Shown here in pieces: positions 8,039 through 17,343 of a stretch of 32,000 bases of DNA. The DNA lies in contig PQXB01000001.1 in the NCBI GenBank assembly GCA_003194425.1, positions 490,444 through 522,443 of the forward strand, written 5' to 3'. The position numbers and the translations under genes are program-made. Position 1 is the first letter of the stretch. Each line of letters opens with the position of its first letter. The stretch is from Candidatus Methanophagaceae archaeon. Its GTDB lineage: Archaea > Halobacteriota > Syntropharchaeia > Alkanophagales > Methanospirareceae. Below the pieces are notes generated by a model, which did not search any database, had not been told where the DNA came from, and was given only the letters and a program-made list of their open reading frames with translations.

Positions 8039-8353
8039 ATGAGGAAAATGGAAGAGAAGAAGAAATATGCACTGCCGATTCCGCGGGCGATAACAACCGG
8101 GATAGTATTTGAGGCTGTGGAGAAGTTTGGGCTGGAACTGGATCAAGAGAAGCCGCCAGAAGACGCGTTTGATCCGAGGACTGACCTGCCAACGAAGGAT
8201 TACGTGCCCCGGATGCTACTGTGGGGCGACTCGCCAGAGCAGGTGCTGGCTGCGAAAGAGTTCATTTACAAGAAGCACGAGGAATGGATAAATAATGTAG
8301 ATGAGTTTCGTAGGAGGAGGATTGAGCAGATTCAGAGAAAAATGCGAAAATAA
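8039..8353 (+). CDS. Hypothetical protein (no family recognised)
   Basis: 104-aa ORF preceded by a roughly 100-nt purine-rich tract ending in ggagagagg. The composition looks like a normal coding region and I see no motif I can name. Confidence 0.45.
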   Translation: MRKMEEKKKYALPIPRAITTGIVFEAVEKFGLELDQEKPPEDAFDPRTDLPTKDYVPRMLLWGDSPEQVLAAKEFIYKKHEEWINNVDEFRRRRIEQIQRKMRK

Positions 8354-8634
8354 AACTTCTCTTTAAAAACTTTAGCAAAGAAAGAAGGTTTTTCCAAAGA
8401 AGGGGGAGAAGAGAAGGAATCTTAGCTTTTTGAGGTAAATTTTTATAGAGACAAAACAAATTATATTTATGTTAAACACGATGAAAAAAATGGAAGGGAA
8501 AAGGGCTAACAAAACTTTGTCACGCTCCTCTTATCTTCAGCGAAAGGAAACGGCAAAAAAACAAAAGAAAAATAACTGCCAGCAGGGAACGGAGACAGAT
8601 AAGAGGGAAGAAAAAATTAGGAGGTGAGAAAAAA

Positions 8635-10014
8635 ATGAAAACCAAAAGCAAAAACCTAAAAAGAAAAGCGATGGCATTGGCGATTTGCACGGTCTTTTTG
8701 GTGGCAGTCTCAGGAGCAGTAGCAGGGACAGCCGAAGAAAGTGCAGCGGAAGGCACAGACCAAATCTACCTTCACTCAAATCTCAGCGCGCTAAAACCGA
8801 TTGAAAACCCGGTCTACACTGATTGGCACGAGCTTTACCCAACTTACTGCAACTGGTACAATCTTAGCGGCTGGAGGGACAACGGCGACGACGTGCTCAG
8901 CCCCTGCGATTCAATCGAATTGACTGACGCAGACGGAAAAGTGGGAAAGTACCACGTGGACGAGGTGACGGTCACGATCACCGTTGTACCTGTGGACGCA
9001 GTAGGTCAGGCCAAGCCGACGTACCTTGATTTCACGGGCGGCTACGACGATATAAAAACGGCAATGTACGAGCCACCCGGCACGATTTGGCACGAAATTT
9101 ATCCAAGGTTCTGCCAAAAATATGAGTTGCAGTGGTGGAAGGACAACGGCGACCAGCACCTCAGTTACTGCGACTACATCGGGCTGCTGGACAAAACAGG
9201 AGCAGAAAATCCGTACCACGTGGAAGAGGTAACCATTGACATCATCGTAACACCCGAGCCAACAACAGAGAAGCCCGACCTCGTGGTCGAGAAGAAGTGG
9301 GAGGAGCACGGAGACATAAAAGGGACTTACACGGTCTCGTACGTTATTCACAACAAAGGCACAGCAACCGCACCCGCGGGACACCACACCACTTTGTACG
9401 TTGACGGCGAAGCAATTGAACACAAACCCGTGCCGGTGGCTCTGAGACCTTGCCAGACCTACGAGGACACTTTCAGAACGGTAGTGAAATGCACGCCGCC
9501 TGAGGACAAAATAACAGTCTGCGCCGACAACTTCGGCACGATCGACGAGCTCGACGAGACGAACAACTGCCTGACGAACATCTGGAAATGCCCTGGCACA
9601 CCACCAGTACCAGAAATCTCGGTAACAACCGACAAGTTCGAGTACTGCCCCTGCAACACGATGGTGATTACAATAAACATAAACAATCCGACGAAGAACC
9701 CGGTAACATTCAAATGGTACTTGGGAGCGCCGACGCTGGGGTATTGGGCAAAGATGTACAGCATGAGCATCCCTGCAGGCTACAAGAAAACATTCACGGT
9801 GGAAATGCACGTCGAGAAGTGGAGCGAGACGCCGTTCAGTGCTGTGTGGTACGTGGACTTGCAGGACCCGGAAACAGGAAAGGAGTTAGCAGCGGACTGT
9901 GCATGCTGGTCGTACGCCTACCCGTACTGTCCGAAGTGTGAATCAGAGACAACGCCAACATCGCTGCAGGAAATAGCGATAGGAATAGAGGAGCAAATAA
10001 AAGGCGGTGCGTAG
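8635..10014 (+). CDS. Secreted/surface protein: signal peptide, 2 x novel Cys-pair module, CARDB-like domain, C-terminal beta-rich domain
   Basis: AGGAGGTGA lies 8 nt upstream. The N-terminus is KR-rich followed by a hydrophobic stretch (LAICTVFLVAVSGAVAG). Internal duplication at aa 57-119 and 146-207. PDLVVEK...YV.N.G...A......LYVDG........L...........DE.DETNN matches CARDB. No C-terminal anchor is visible. Confidence 0.75.
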   Translation: MKTKSKNLKRKAMALAICTVFLVAVSGAVAGTAEESAAEGTDQIYLHSNLSALKPIENPVYTDWHELYPTYCNWYNLSGWRDNGDDVLSPCDSIELTDADGKVGKYHVDEVTVTITVVPVDAVGQAKPTYLDFTGGYDDIKTAMYEPPGTIWHEIYPRFCQKYELQWWKDNGDQHLSYCDYIGLLDKTGAENPYHVEEVTIDIIVTPEPTTEKPDLVVEKKWEEHGDIKGTYTVSYVIHNKGTATAPAGHHTTLYVDGEAIEHKPVPVALRPCQTYEDTFRTVVKCTPPEDKITVCADNFGTIDELDETNNCLTNIWKCPGTPPVPEISVTTDKFEYCPCNTMVITININNPTKNPVTFKWYLGAPTLGYWAKMYSMSIPAGYKKTFTVEMHVEKWSETPFSAVWYVDLQDPETGKELAADCACWSYAYPYCPKCESETTPTSLQEIAIGIEEQIKGGA

Positions 10015-10119
10015 TGCAGTAAGTAAAAAGCACGACTGCGAAGCCTTGACAAAGAAACGGACTATAAAAAGTTTGGGGGGTTTTCATTTTTTACCCCCTG
10101 TTTTTATTTTTGAAAAACT

Positions 10120-11022
10120 CTAAACCCGCAGACCGCCGAGAAGAGCGACAAACAACGCCGCTGCGATTATGTCCGCGGTGGAACCGGGGTTCACTCCCTC
10201 TTTTATCAGTTCCTCGTCAAACTCCTCCACCTCTCCTCGCTTGCAGCCGGAATTCACAATCTCCTCCGCCCGCCTCCGAACAGACTCGCTCTTCTCCGCT
10301 CCAAATTTCATCTCAACAAAAGTGTCCCTCTCCTCGGAAAGCAGCCTCAGGTAAGCGTTAGTGACGGCGTCGTTCACTCTCCGCTCCTTGTCCTTGTTTT
10401 TGATCCAATCCTTTAGCAGTTCCGCGTACCTAAAAGTCTTCTCGAACCCGCCCACCAATTCACGCGAAATCAAGTCGTAAGACGCCGAAATCTCAAGAAT
10501 CTCGTGCAAACTCTTCCCGCTTGCTCGGATTTCCCTCACCCCTCCCGCGTCCGTCAGGTCAAACTCCGGAACCCCTGCTCTCACTTTTACCTTCGCCTTT
10601 GGAAACGCACGGTAAAGTTCTACCGCGTCCTCAACGCTGGTGTTCTGCACCACTTCCTCTGCCCGACGCTTTAAGAGGCCAGGGTCAAGGTCAGGCTTGT
10701 AAGACCCTGCAGCCACCGCCAGTGGAACAAGCAGAAGCAGTGCGCCAAAGTGCGTGTTCCCTCCACTTTGCCACGCAACGCTCTCTTCTACCGCCCTTCT
10801 TACCAACTCTCCCACTCCCACACCTCCTCCTCCCTTCCACGCGAACCCTCTCGCAGCCGCCTCTCTCAAGACGGGGTAAACCGCGACCGCAGAAGCGAGG
10901 AAATGCTCGTAGCTCGTCTCTGCAAAGTCGTGCGTTCTGCTTACATTTCCGGGCTTCGGGTAAGCCGAGACCTCGAGTAGCAGAGCCAACTGCCCACTCC
11001 TCGCAACGTCGTCCTCGTTCAT
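10120..11022 (-). CDS. CitG/MdcB-family protein (triphosphoribosyl-dephospho-CoA synthase-like)
   Basis: LALLLEVSAYPKPGNVSR, EHFLASA and GGNTHFGALLLLVPLA resemble the CitG family core motifs. Confidence 0.65.
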   Translation of the reverse strand: MNEDDVARSGQLALLLEVSAYPKPGNVSRTHDFAETSYEHFLASAVAVYPVLREAAARGFAWKGGGGVGVGELVRRAVEESVAWQSGGNTHFGALLLLVPLAVAAGSYKPDLDPGLLKRRAEEVVQNTSVEDAVELYRAFPKAKVKVRAGVPEFDLTDAGGVREIRASGKSLHEILEISASYDLISRELVGGFEKTFRYAELLKDWIKNKDKERRVNDAVTNAYLRLLSEERDTFVEMKFGAEKSESVRRRAEEIVNSGCKRGEVEEFDEELIKEGVNPGSTADIIAAALFVALLGGLRV

Positions 11023-11186
11023 CTTATTTGGGCAAGGAGACCCAGTCCTTCCGACTCCTTATCAAACCTCCTAAATCCTTCTACTTCCTTTACCGCTTAG
11101 ATATTTCCCTTTACCGCTTTATTTATCTTAGCGTGACTGCCCTTTGCCTGTCTCTAAAATGTGAACCCAAGCTGTTAGTATTTCGT

Positions 11187-11214
11187 AAGCCCTGTAAGCG
11201 AAGCCCTGTAAGCG
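11187..11214. repeat. Tandem direct repeat, 2 x 14 bp (aagccctgtaagcg) in the citG-like promoter region
   Basis: Exact duplication read directly. A second imperfect duplication of about 21 bp (cctttaccgctt core) lies at 11085-11126. Confidence 0.9.
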
Positions 11215-11242
11215 AAGAGAAACTCAAACCACTTTATTAATG

Positions 11243-12118
11243 TCAAATACGCGATTTTATCAATTCTCCGAGCCCCGCAAACCGCTCCCTCCACTCCTGC
11301 ACCCACCCTTCCTTCGCGTCCAAAGCCACAAACGGCACGCCCTCGGAGTAGCAGCGAGCAATTCGCCTGTCGTACGGAATTTCAAGCAGAATTGGAATCC
11401 CCTCAGCCTTGCAGTAGTCGTAGATCCCGCGGTCGCCGAGCCCCGCTTTATTTACGACCACGCCGAAACGGATTTTTAGTAGTCTGAGTACCTCAACCGC
11501 GAGCCGTAGGTCGTACAGTCCAAACGGCGTTGGCTCGGTAACGAGCAGACAGTAGTCGGTGTTCTGCACCGCTGCAATCACAGGGCACGCCGTTCCGGGC
11601 GGTGCATCAATGATCACGGTCTTCTTTGGGTTGAGTTCCTCTTTAACTCGGTCGATCAGCGGTGTCGCCCGAACCTCCCCGATATTTAGCACCCCGTACA
11701 CGAGTTCTATTCTGCCGTCTCTACTTCTTCCTTTCTTGACAACGCCGATTTCTCTCGGCTCTTCGCTGATTGCAGCACGCTGCTGCTGGCAGACCAACCT
11801 GCACAAACCACAGCCGTGGCAGAGTTCGGGAAAGACCAGCACTTTCCTCGGCAGCACAACGATCGCGTTGTACTCGCACGCAGAGGCGCAGGACCCGCAG
11901 TAGTCGCAGAGTTCCTCGTTAACCTTCGGCACCAACGTCTGCGCCGGCTTCACCGCCTCAATCTTGGGCTTAAGGAAAATGTGAGTGTTTGGCTCCTCAA
12001 CATCGCAGTCCAAGAGTTGCACCTCCGTCGAGAAGGACGAAGCAAGAGAAAGAGCGAGGTTCAATGCGACGGTGGTCTTCCCTGTGCCTCCTTTTCCGCT
12101 TGCTACTGTCAAAATCAT
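11243..12118 (-). CDS. MinD/ParA-superfamily P-loop ATPase with inserted 2x[4Fe-4S] ferredoxin domain (COG1149-like)
   Basis: Deviant Walker A ASGKGGTGKTT, then two CxxCxxCxxxC-type motifs (CDYCGSCASAC, CHGCGLCRLVC), then DAPPG and the ParA-like C-terminal part. I prefer the ATG at 12118 (MILTVASGKGG), which also removes the overlap with the upstream CBS gene. Confidence 0.8.
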   Translation of the reverse strand: MILTVASGKGGTGKTTVALNLALSLASSFSTEVQLLDCDVEEPNTHIFLKPKIEAVKPAQTLVPKVNEELCDYCGSCASACEYNAIVVLPRKVLVFPELCHGCGLCRLVCQQQRAAISEEPREIGVVKKGRSRDGRIELVYGVLNIGEVRATPLIDRVKEELNPKKTVIIDAPPGTACPVIAAVQNTDYCLLVTEPTPFGLYDLRLAVEVLRLLKIRFGVVVNKAGLGDRGIYDYCKAEGIPILLEIPYDRRIARCYSEGVPFVALDAKEGWVQEWRERFAGLGELIKSRI

Positions 12119-12125
12119 TGCTACT

Positions 12126-12986
12126 TCAGCGAGACCTCTTGAAAGGCAGGCGAAGTTCCCTGCCCCCGCCACCTGTGTGTCTGTAGTCGTGGAAGCTGAA
12201 AATCCCTGAGGCGAGGCTGGAGGTCGCCTGCTGCTTCCTCCAGAAAGTCGTGTGTCGGAACTTCCTCAACTCCGCTTCTAACCTCCTTCTCTGCTCCTCC
12301 CTTTCCTCTCCGCCTTCTCCTCCTGCACCAGTTTCAGTCTCGTGCTCGTGCCAGAGCCGTTTAACGCTCGCAAAAATCTCGCCCAACTCCTTGTCGTCCG
12401 TGTAGGTGCAGACGAGCCGGCTAAGTTCGTCGCAGACCTCCTTCAAGCCCGCTCTGTACTTTTTTATGCTTTCCTCGTCCCCTGCAGCCAACAGCACTTC
12501 ACACTCGCTCAACGACCGCTCAAGTCGGTCAAGCGTCCAGCCACTCGCTAAAACTCGGACTTCAGGGTAAAACCGCTTTACAAACTCAGGCTTTCGTGTC
12601 AAAATATTTCGGACGCTCACGAGCCCGACAAGCACGCCGTTCTCAACCACCGGCAGCCTTTTTACGCCTTTTGCCAAGGCGAGGTCGCACGCCTCCTCTA
12701 CCGACGCCTCGGGAGCGACGGTAACCAGCGGCGAAGACATTATTTCTCTCGCTCGAACTTCGCTCGCCCGCTTGTCTCTCCGTAAGACTTTTAACACAAT
12801 GTCCCGCTCGGTAACAATTCCAGCGGGCTTCGCTGCTGCTGGTGGTTCGCCACCTGAGGTCACAACAACGCTCCCTACGCCCAACTCCGCCATGTCCTTC
12901 GCTATTTTAACGACTACCGTCTCCTCGTCCTCTGAAACAACCGGACGGCTCATTATCTCGCGGACTTTCATTTTTTCATTCCTCAT
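12126..12986 (-). CDS. CBS-domain pair protein with helical C-terminal extension
   Basis: Two CBS repeats (VREIMSRPVV...GIVTERDIV and AREIMSSPLVTV...GLVSVRNIL). An 8-nt gap to the downstream MinD/Fer4 gene suggests one operon. Confidence 0.75.
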   Translation of the reverse strand: MRNEKMKVREIMSRPVVSEDEETVVVKIAKDMAELGVGSVVVTSGGEPPAAAKPAGIVTERDIVLKVLRRDKRASEVRAREIMSSPLVTVAPEASVEEACDLALAKGVKRLPVVENGVLVGLVSVRNILTRKPEFVKRFYPEVRVLASGWTLDRLERSLSECEVLLAAGDEESIKKYRAGLKEVCDELSRLVCTYTDDKELGEIFASVKRLWHEHETETGAGGEGGEEREEQRRRLEAELRKFRHTTFWRKQQATSSLASGIFSFHDYRHTGGGGRELRLPFKRSR

Positions 12987-13123
12987 TTACAGCGAGCAGC
13001 AGCGAGCAGGCTAACCGCGCTCCAGTGGTAAATCCTGTTCAACTCCTCCCAGTCCTTCAGTCCTCGCGACATAAAAAAGATGTTCCCCCAATTTTATGCC
13101 CATTTTCCTCAACTCGAAATTAA

Positions 13124-13140
13124 AGGCTTTTTATATTTAA
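13124..13140 (+). promoter_or_regulatory. Candidate TATA box/BRE for the SRP RNA gene
   Basis: aaaggctttttatatttaa is centred about 22-28 nt upstream of the predicted RNA 5' end (13155). Confidence 0.4.
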
Positions 13141-13154
13141 ATTAAACTTTATTT

Positions 13155-13470
13155 GTGCGGGCTAGCCTGGAGGGTTAGGCGTCCTCTGCAACTCGAAACC
13201 GCCGAGACGCGAGGGGCGAAGCTCGAGGAAGGGACCGTAGCTGGCAGTTTCAGCTCGGAGTCCAACGAAGAAGCACCGTCCTGCGGGGTCGTCGGTGGCG
13301 CGGAGGCACGCTGGAGGGTTTGTCACCGCACCTTTGTCGCGGACACCGGTTTAGGCCCGGAAGGGAGCGGACTCACTGCGGACGCTCGGCGCTCGCAGGG
13401 TAGCGGTGCAGAGGACGGCTTTGAGGGTCTGGCTGGCAGCGAAAGCCTCGACCGAGAGCGTGCCCGCACT
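13155..13470 (+). ncRNA. ffs: Signal recognition particle RNA (archaeal 7S RNA)
   Basis: The 5' end GTGCGGGCTAGCCTGGAGGGTTAGGCGTCCTCTGCAACTCGAAACCGCCGA closely resembles archaeal SRP RNA 5' domains. The helix-8 motif AGGCCCGGAAGGGAGCGG is present. The 5' GTGCGGGC pairs with the 3' GCCCGCAC. Length is about 316 nt, and a T-rich stretch (ctttctt) follows. Confidence 0.85.
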
Positions 13471-13494
13471 CAAACTTTCTTGCTAGATTCAGTG

Positions 13495-13538
13495 GCGGGT
13501 GCGACGCGGGTGCGACGCGGGTGCGACGCGGGTGCGAC
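13495..13538. repeat. Tandem direct repeat, 4 x 11 bp (gcgggtgcgac)
   Basis: Four exact copies read directly, between the SRP RNA 3' end and the trpB stop, followed by atttttc. Confidence 0.95.
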
Positions 13539-13544
13539 GATTTT

Positions 13545-14909
13545 TCACAAACCCTCCCCCCCGAGCACTTCCTCCACACTGAAAATGTCTTTGTCGCCCC
13601 TTCCCGAAAGACAGACCACAATCAAATTCTCTTCCCTCTCTTGCTTCTGCTCCTTTGCCACTTTCTCCACTTTCTCCGCTTTTTTCGCTCTCCGTTTCGC
13701 TTCTTCGACTGCGTAGTGAATTGCGTGAGCGGACTCAAGAGCCGGAATAATGCCCTCCTTTGTAGACAAAACCTCGAAAGCCCTCAAAGTCTCCTCGTCA
13801 GTCGCAGCCCGCATTTTTACCCTGCCCGAGTCCACCAAGTACGCCAACTCCGGTCCAACGCCGGGGTAGTCAAGCCCGGGGGCGAAGCTGTAGGACTGTT
13901 TTATTTGACCGTCCTCGTCCTGCAGCAGCTTCGAGTACATTCCGTGCAGGACGCCCTCGGTGCCAGCGCAGAGCGACGCCCCGTGCTCGCCGGTCTCCAA
14001 GCCCTTCCCCGCAGCCTCGACGCCGACGAGTTCCACTTCTTTGCCTGCCTCGTTACCCTCCTTGTTCTCCACCTCCTTGTCCTCCAAGAACTCGTAAAAT
14101 GTGCCGAGAGCGTTACTGCCACCCCCGACGCATGCGACTACGAGATTTGGCAGCCTGCCCTCCGCCCTCAAAATCTGCTCTTTCGTCTCCCTGCCGATGA
14201 CACGCTGAAACTCACGCACAATCAGCGGGTAGGGGTGCGGTCCCACTACACTGCCGATCAAGTAGTAGGTGTCCTCGACATTCGTTACCCAGTCCCGCAT
14301 AGATTCGTTTATCGCGTCCTTCAGCGTCCTCGAGCCCGAATCCACAGGGCTCACCTTCGCTCCCAAAAGATGCATCCGAAAGACATTCGGTCTCTGCCGC
14401 ACAATGTCTTCGGTGCCCATAAAAACCTCGCACTCCAGCCCCAAAACCGCAGCAGCCATCGCGGTCGCCACCCCGTGCTGACCCGCACCGGTCTCGGCAA
14501 TTACCCGCCGCTTTCCCATCTTTTTCGCCAGCAGGCACTGCCCCAATGTGTTGTTCAACTTGTGCGCACCCCCGTGCACCAAGTCCTCCCGCTTCAGGTA
14601 AATCTTCACTCCACCGCTCTTCACCCCGCAGTTCGTCCCACTGCCGTTTGTCCCACTACCGTTCGCACTACTCGCTCCGCCGCACATTTCAGACAGGTTC
14701 TTCGCGAAGTAAAGCGGTGTTGGACGCCCTGCGTAAGTCCGCAAAAGCCTGCCCAACTCCTGCTTAAAACTCTTCTCCTCTGAAAGCCAAAAGCGGTTGA
14801 ACGCCTCCTCAAGCTCCTCCAACGCCGTCATCAAAACCTCGGGTGCGAACTTCCCCCCGAATTTCCCAAACTTTCCCTGCTCGTCCGGTCTGCTTAACAT
14901 CTTCAACAT
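13545..14909 (-). CDS. trpB: Tryptophan synthase beta chain
   Basis: [66 protein letters not shown] and LSGRGDKD are the family motifs. Several insertions relative to the family, including a [10 protein letters not shown] duplication. Confidence 0.92.
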   Translation of the reverse strand: MLKMLSRPDEQGKFGKFGGKFAPEVLMTALEELEEAFNRFWLSEEKSFKQELGRLLRTYAGRPTPLYFAKNLSEMCGGASSANGSGTNGSGTNCGVKSGGVKIYLKREDLVHGGAHKLNNTLGQCLLAKKMGKRRVIAETGAGQHGVATAMAAAVLGLECEVFMGTEDIVRQRPNVFRMHLLGAKVSPVDSGSRTLKDAINESMRDWVTNVEDTYYLIGSVVGPHPYPLIVREFQRVIGRETKEQILRAEGRLPNLVVACVGGGSNALGTFYEFLEDKEVENKEGNEAGKEVELVGVEAAGKGLETGEHGASLCAGTEGVLHGMYSKLLQDEDGQIKQSYSFAPGLDYPGVGPELAYLVDSGRVKMRAATDEETLRAFEVLSTKEGIIPALESAHAIHYAVEEAKRRAKKAEKVEKVAKEQKQEREENLIVVCLSGRGDKDIFSVEEVLGGEGL

Positions 14910-15592
14910 TTTACCGCCTCCAAGAATTTTTTTACCTTCGCCGCGTCCTTCTTCCGCAGCCTGCTCTCCACACCGCTGGAGACGTCCACTGCGTAGGGTT
15001 TCACCACTTTCACCGCTTTTACGACATTTCCAGGGTTCAACCCGCCAGCAAGAATCACTTTTTCTCCACCCACTCGCTCGACAATTTCCCGACTTACCGT
15101 CCAGTCGTGCACTCTCCCAGTGCCTCCGATTTCCTCTGCTCCTGCTCCAACCTCCTCTGCTCCTGCTCCAACCTTTGTCCCTACCTCAGTGTCCAGCAAA
15201 ATCGCGTCTGCAACGCCCTCGTAAGCCAACGCCTCCTCCAGGGACTTCTTTCTGTCGCGACCAACGCCGATTTTTTTTATTATTTTTATCCCGCTTTTTA
15301 TCTCTTCTCGCAACGCCGCCACAAACTCCACCGACTCCTCACCGTGCAGTTGCACGCAGTCCGCCCCGGTCTCCACGATTGCGGTTATTTTGTCGGTTGG
15401 AAGACCGTCCAGCCTGGCGACCACGACCTTAGAGACAAAAATCGGGAGAGCTGCGAATATTCGCTTGGCGTCCTCCAAACTCGTGTAACGGCTCGTTCCC
15501 GCCACATTTACCACGCCGACAGCGTCTGCACCTGCCTCTGCCGCCAGCAACGCGTCTTCCACCGAAGTGTTGCCGCAGATTTTCACTCTCAT
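14903..15592 (-). CDS. trpF: Phosphoribosylanthranilate isomerase
   Basis: [13 protein letters not shown]...GADA.G.V, VQLHG, LLD...GGTG..HDW and LAGGLNP.NV are the family motifs. A 7-nt overlap with the trpB start suggests coupling. Contains a VGAGAEE duplication. Confidence 0.88.
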   Translation of the reverse strand: MRVKICGNTSVEDALLAAEAGADAVGVVNVAGTSRYTSLEDAKRIFAALPIFVSKVVVARLDGLPTDKITAIVETGADCVQLHGEESVEFVAALREEIKSGIKIIKKIGVGRDRKKSLEEALAYEGVADAILLDTEVGTKVGAGAEEVGAGAEEIGGTGRVHDWTVSREIVERVGGEKVILAGGLNPGNVVKAVKVVKPYAVDVSSGVESRLRKKDAAKVKKFLEAVKC

Positions 15593-15657
15593 TTTTCTTG
15601 TTTCAAGAATTTAGTTCTTTATTTATTCTTTCAAAAAGGCAGACAAGAAGAAAGAAA

Positions 15658-16113
15658 ATGCAGCAAGGAGAGAGGGAAAAAGCAGCGAGGATTCCGTGGG
15701 ACGAGTACTGGATGAAAATCGTAAAAGATGTGGCAACGCGTTCAACCTGCATTCGACGGCAAATCGGTGCGCTGGTGGTGAAGAAAAATGTAATAATTTC
15801 AACAGGCTACAACGGGGCACCGAGAGGCTTCCCGCACTGCCTCGAGGTCGGCTGTCGGCGGGACAAATTGAAAATTCCGTCAGGCGAAAGACACGAAGAG
15901 TGCCTCGGGGTTCACGCAGAGCAGAACGCACTTTTGCAGGCGGGCAGGGACGCCGAAGGTGCGACGCTCTACGAGAACGCGTTTCCGTGCAAAATTTGTG
16001 CCAAGTTAATAATAAACGCAGGGGTAAAACGGGTGGTAATGTCCGGGGAATACAGCGACCGGGAAGGGCTGAAATATTTGCAGCAGGCAGGTGTGGAGCT
16101 CGTTCATCTTTAG
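15658..16113 (+). CDS. dCMP (deoxycytidylate) deaminase, ComEB-like
   Basis: WDEYWM..A..VA.RSTC.RRQ.GA..V, GYNG.P.G..HC, HAEQNA and PCK.CAK.I.NAG are zinc-deaminase H-A-E / PCxxC motifs. I prefer the ATG at 15658 over the track start at 15598. Confidence 0.85.
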   Translation: MQQGEREKAARIPWDEYWMKIVKDVATRSTCIRRQIGALVVKKNVIISTGYNGAPRGFPHCLEVGCRRDKLKIPSGERHEECLGVHAEQNALLQAGRDAEGATLYENAFPCKICAKLIINAGVKRVVMSGEYSDREGLKYLQQAGVELVHL

Positions 16114-16133
16114 TTTTTGTTTAGTTTGGTAAA

Positions 16134-17252
16134 ATGTCAGGGAATTCTTTCGGCAGGAGTTTCAGGGTGACGACCTGGGGCGAGTCGCACGGTGTAGCGG
16201 TAGGTGTCGTCGTGGACGGCTGCCCTGCTGGGATCGAACTGTCCGAGGTGGAGGTGCAGCGCGAGTTGGACAGGAGAAAGCCCGGCGTGAGCGAGATAAC
16301 GACGGCGAGGAAAGAAGCGGACGAGGTGAAGATTTTGTCGGGCGTCTTTGAAGGAAGGACGCTCGGCACGCCGATTTCAATGCTCGTCTGGAACAGAGAT
16401 GTGGATTCAAGCCCTTACGAGGCTCTAAAAAACATTCCGAGACCGGGTCAGGCAGATTTCTCTTACGAGACGAAGTACAGCGGGGTGCGGGACTACCGTG
16501 GTGGCGGCAGGGCGTCGGCTCGCGAAACCGTCGGGCGAGTCGCTGCGGGTGCAGTAGCAAAGCGGATTTTGGCGGCTCAAAATCACGAAATACAAATTCT
16601 GGGGCACGTAGTGGAAGTCGGGGGGATAAAAGCGCGGGAAGAGGGGGTTGAAGAGGTAAGGAGGAACACCGAGCGGAACGCGGTCAGGTGTGCGGATTTG
16701 GAGGCTGCGGGGAGAATGGAAGAGTTGATAAAAGCAGTTAAGGCAGAAGGCGACAGTGTAGGCGGCGTCGTAGAAGTGATTGTGTTGGGTGCTCCGGCAG
16801 GCTTGGGCGAGCCGGTCTTCGACAAACTGGACGCAGAGCTCGCGAAGGCTTTGATGAGCGTTGGTGCGGTGAAGGGCGTTGAAATAGGGGCAGGATTTGA
16901 GTCTGCAAGAAAAAGGGGCAGCGAAATGAACGACGAGTTCTTTCTGCAGGAGGCAGCAGTAGAGGACGGGCAGGAGGTCGAGGTAAAGGGAAGGCGAGTG
17001 AGAACGAGAACGAACAACGCAGGCGGGATTTTAGGCGGAATCTCAACAGGCGAACCGATAATTTGCAGAATCGCGGTTAAGCCCACTCCGTCTATTTCAA
17101 AGCAGCAGCGAAGCGTTGACTTGCGACGGCTGGAGGAGGTGGAGCTAAAAATAAAAGGCAGGCACGACCCCTGCATTTGTCCCAGAATCGTTCCTGTCGC
17201 GGAGGCGATGGTTGCACTCGTGCTCGTGGATTTTTTGCTGCAAAAATATTAA
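16134..17252 (+). CDS. aroC: Chorismate synthase
   Basis: [58 protein letters not shown] and GRHDPC match the family. Confidence 0.93.
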   Translation: MSGNSFGRSFRVTTWGESHGVAVGVVVDGCPAGIELSEVEVQRELDRRKPGVSEITTARKEADEVKILSGVFEGRTLGTPISMLVWNRDVDSSPYEALKNIPRPGQADFSYETKYSGVRDYRGGGRASARETVGRVAAGAVAKRILAAQNHEIQILGHVVEVGGIKAREEGVEEVRRNTERNAVRCADLEAAGRMEELIKAVKAEGDSVGGVVEVIVLGAPAGLGEPVFDKLDAELAKALMSVGAVKGVEIGAGFESARKRGSEMNDEFFLQEAAVEDGQEVEVKGRRVRTRTNNAGGILGGISTGEPIICRIAVKPTPSISKQQRSVDLRRLEEVELKIKGRHDPCICPRIVPVAEAMVALVLVDFLLQKY

Positions 17253-17278
17253 AGAAAGTTTTAAGTTTATGTTTTATT

Positions 17279-17343
17279 AATTAGTAGAGGATCTAACTCT
17301 AAATTAGTAGGGGATCTAAATCTAAAGAAATCTAAATCTAAAG
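17279..17343. repeat. Tandem direct repeats (2 x 23 bp aattagtagRggatctaaMtcta, then aagaaatctaaatctaaag) directly upstream of the A2-like gene
   Basis: Read directly. There are five ATCTAA hexamers in 50 bp, and the array ends 25 nt before the ATG at 17369. Confidence 0.9.

Noticed and set aside
7683-8192. Minus-strand ORFs of 169 and 151 aa (Ser/Leu/Pro/Phe-rich).
   Set aside because: They are translations of the pyrimidine-rich complement of purine-rich leaders and of the two small plus-strand genes. They are pure low complexity.
8911-9810. A 299-aa minus-strand ORF.
   Set aside because: It is antisense to the secreted CARDB protein gene. It has no motifs or start context and gives a Val/Arg/Cys-rich artefactual translation.
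10120-12986. Whether the citG-like, MinD/4Fe-4S ATPase and CBS genes form an MCR- or F430-related maturation cluster because of their proximity to mcr.
   Set aside because: None of the three matches the known F430 (cfb) or MCR-activation components as I know them. They are separated from mcr by unrelated genes and by a 220-bp promoter-like gap. Proximity alone is not sufficient evidence.
13153-13716. A 187-aa plus-strand ORF, and the 82-aa minus-strand ORF at 13373-13621.
   Set aside because: They cover the SRP RNA gene and the 11-bp repeat array. The region is better explained as a structured RNA, with conserved 5' domain and helix-8 motifs and paired termini.
13521-14783. A 420-aa plus-strand ORF.
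   Set aside because: It is antisense to trpB, whose translation carries all family motifs. The antisense product is low-complexity (R/L/P/H-rich).
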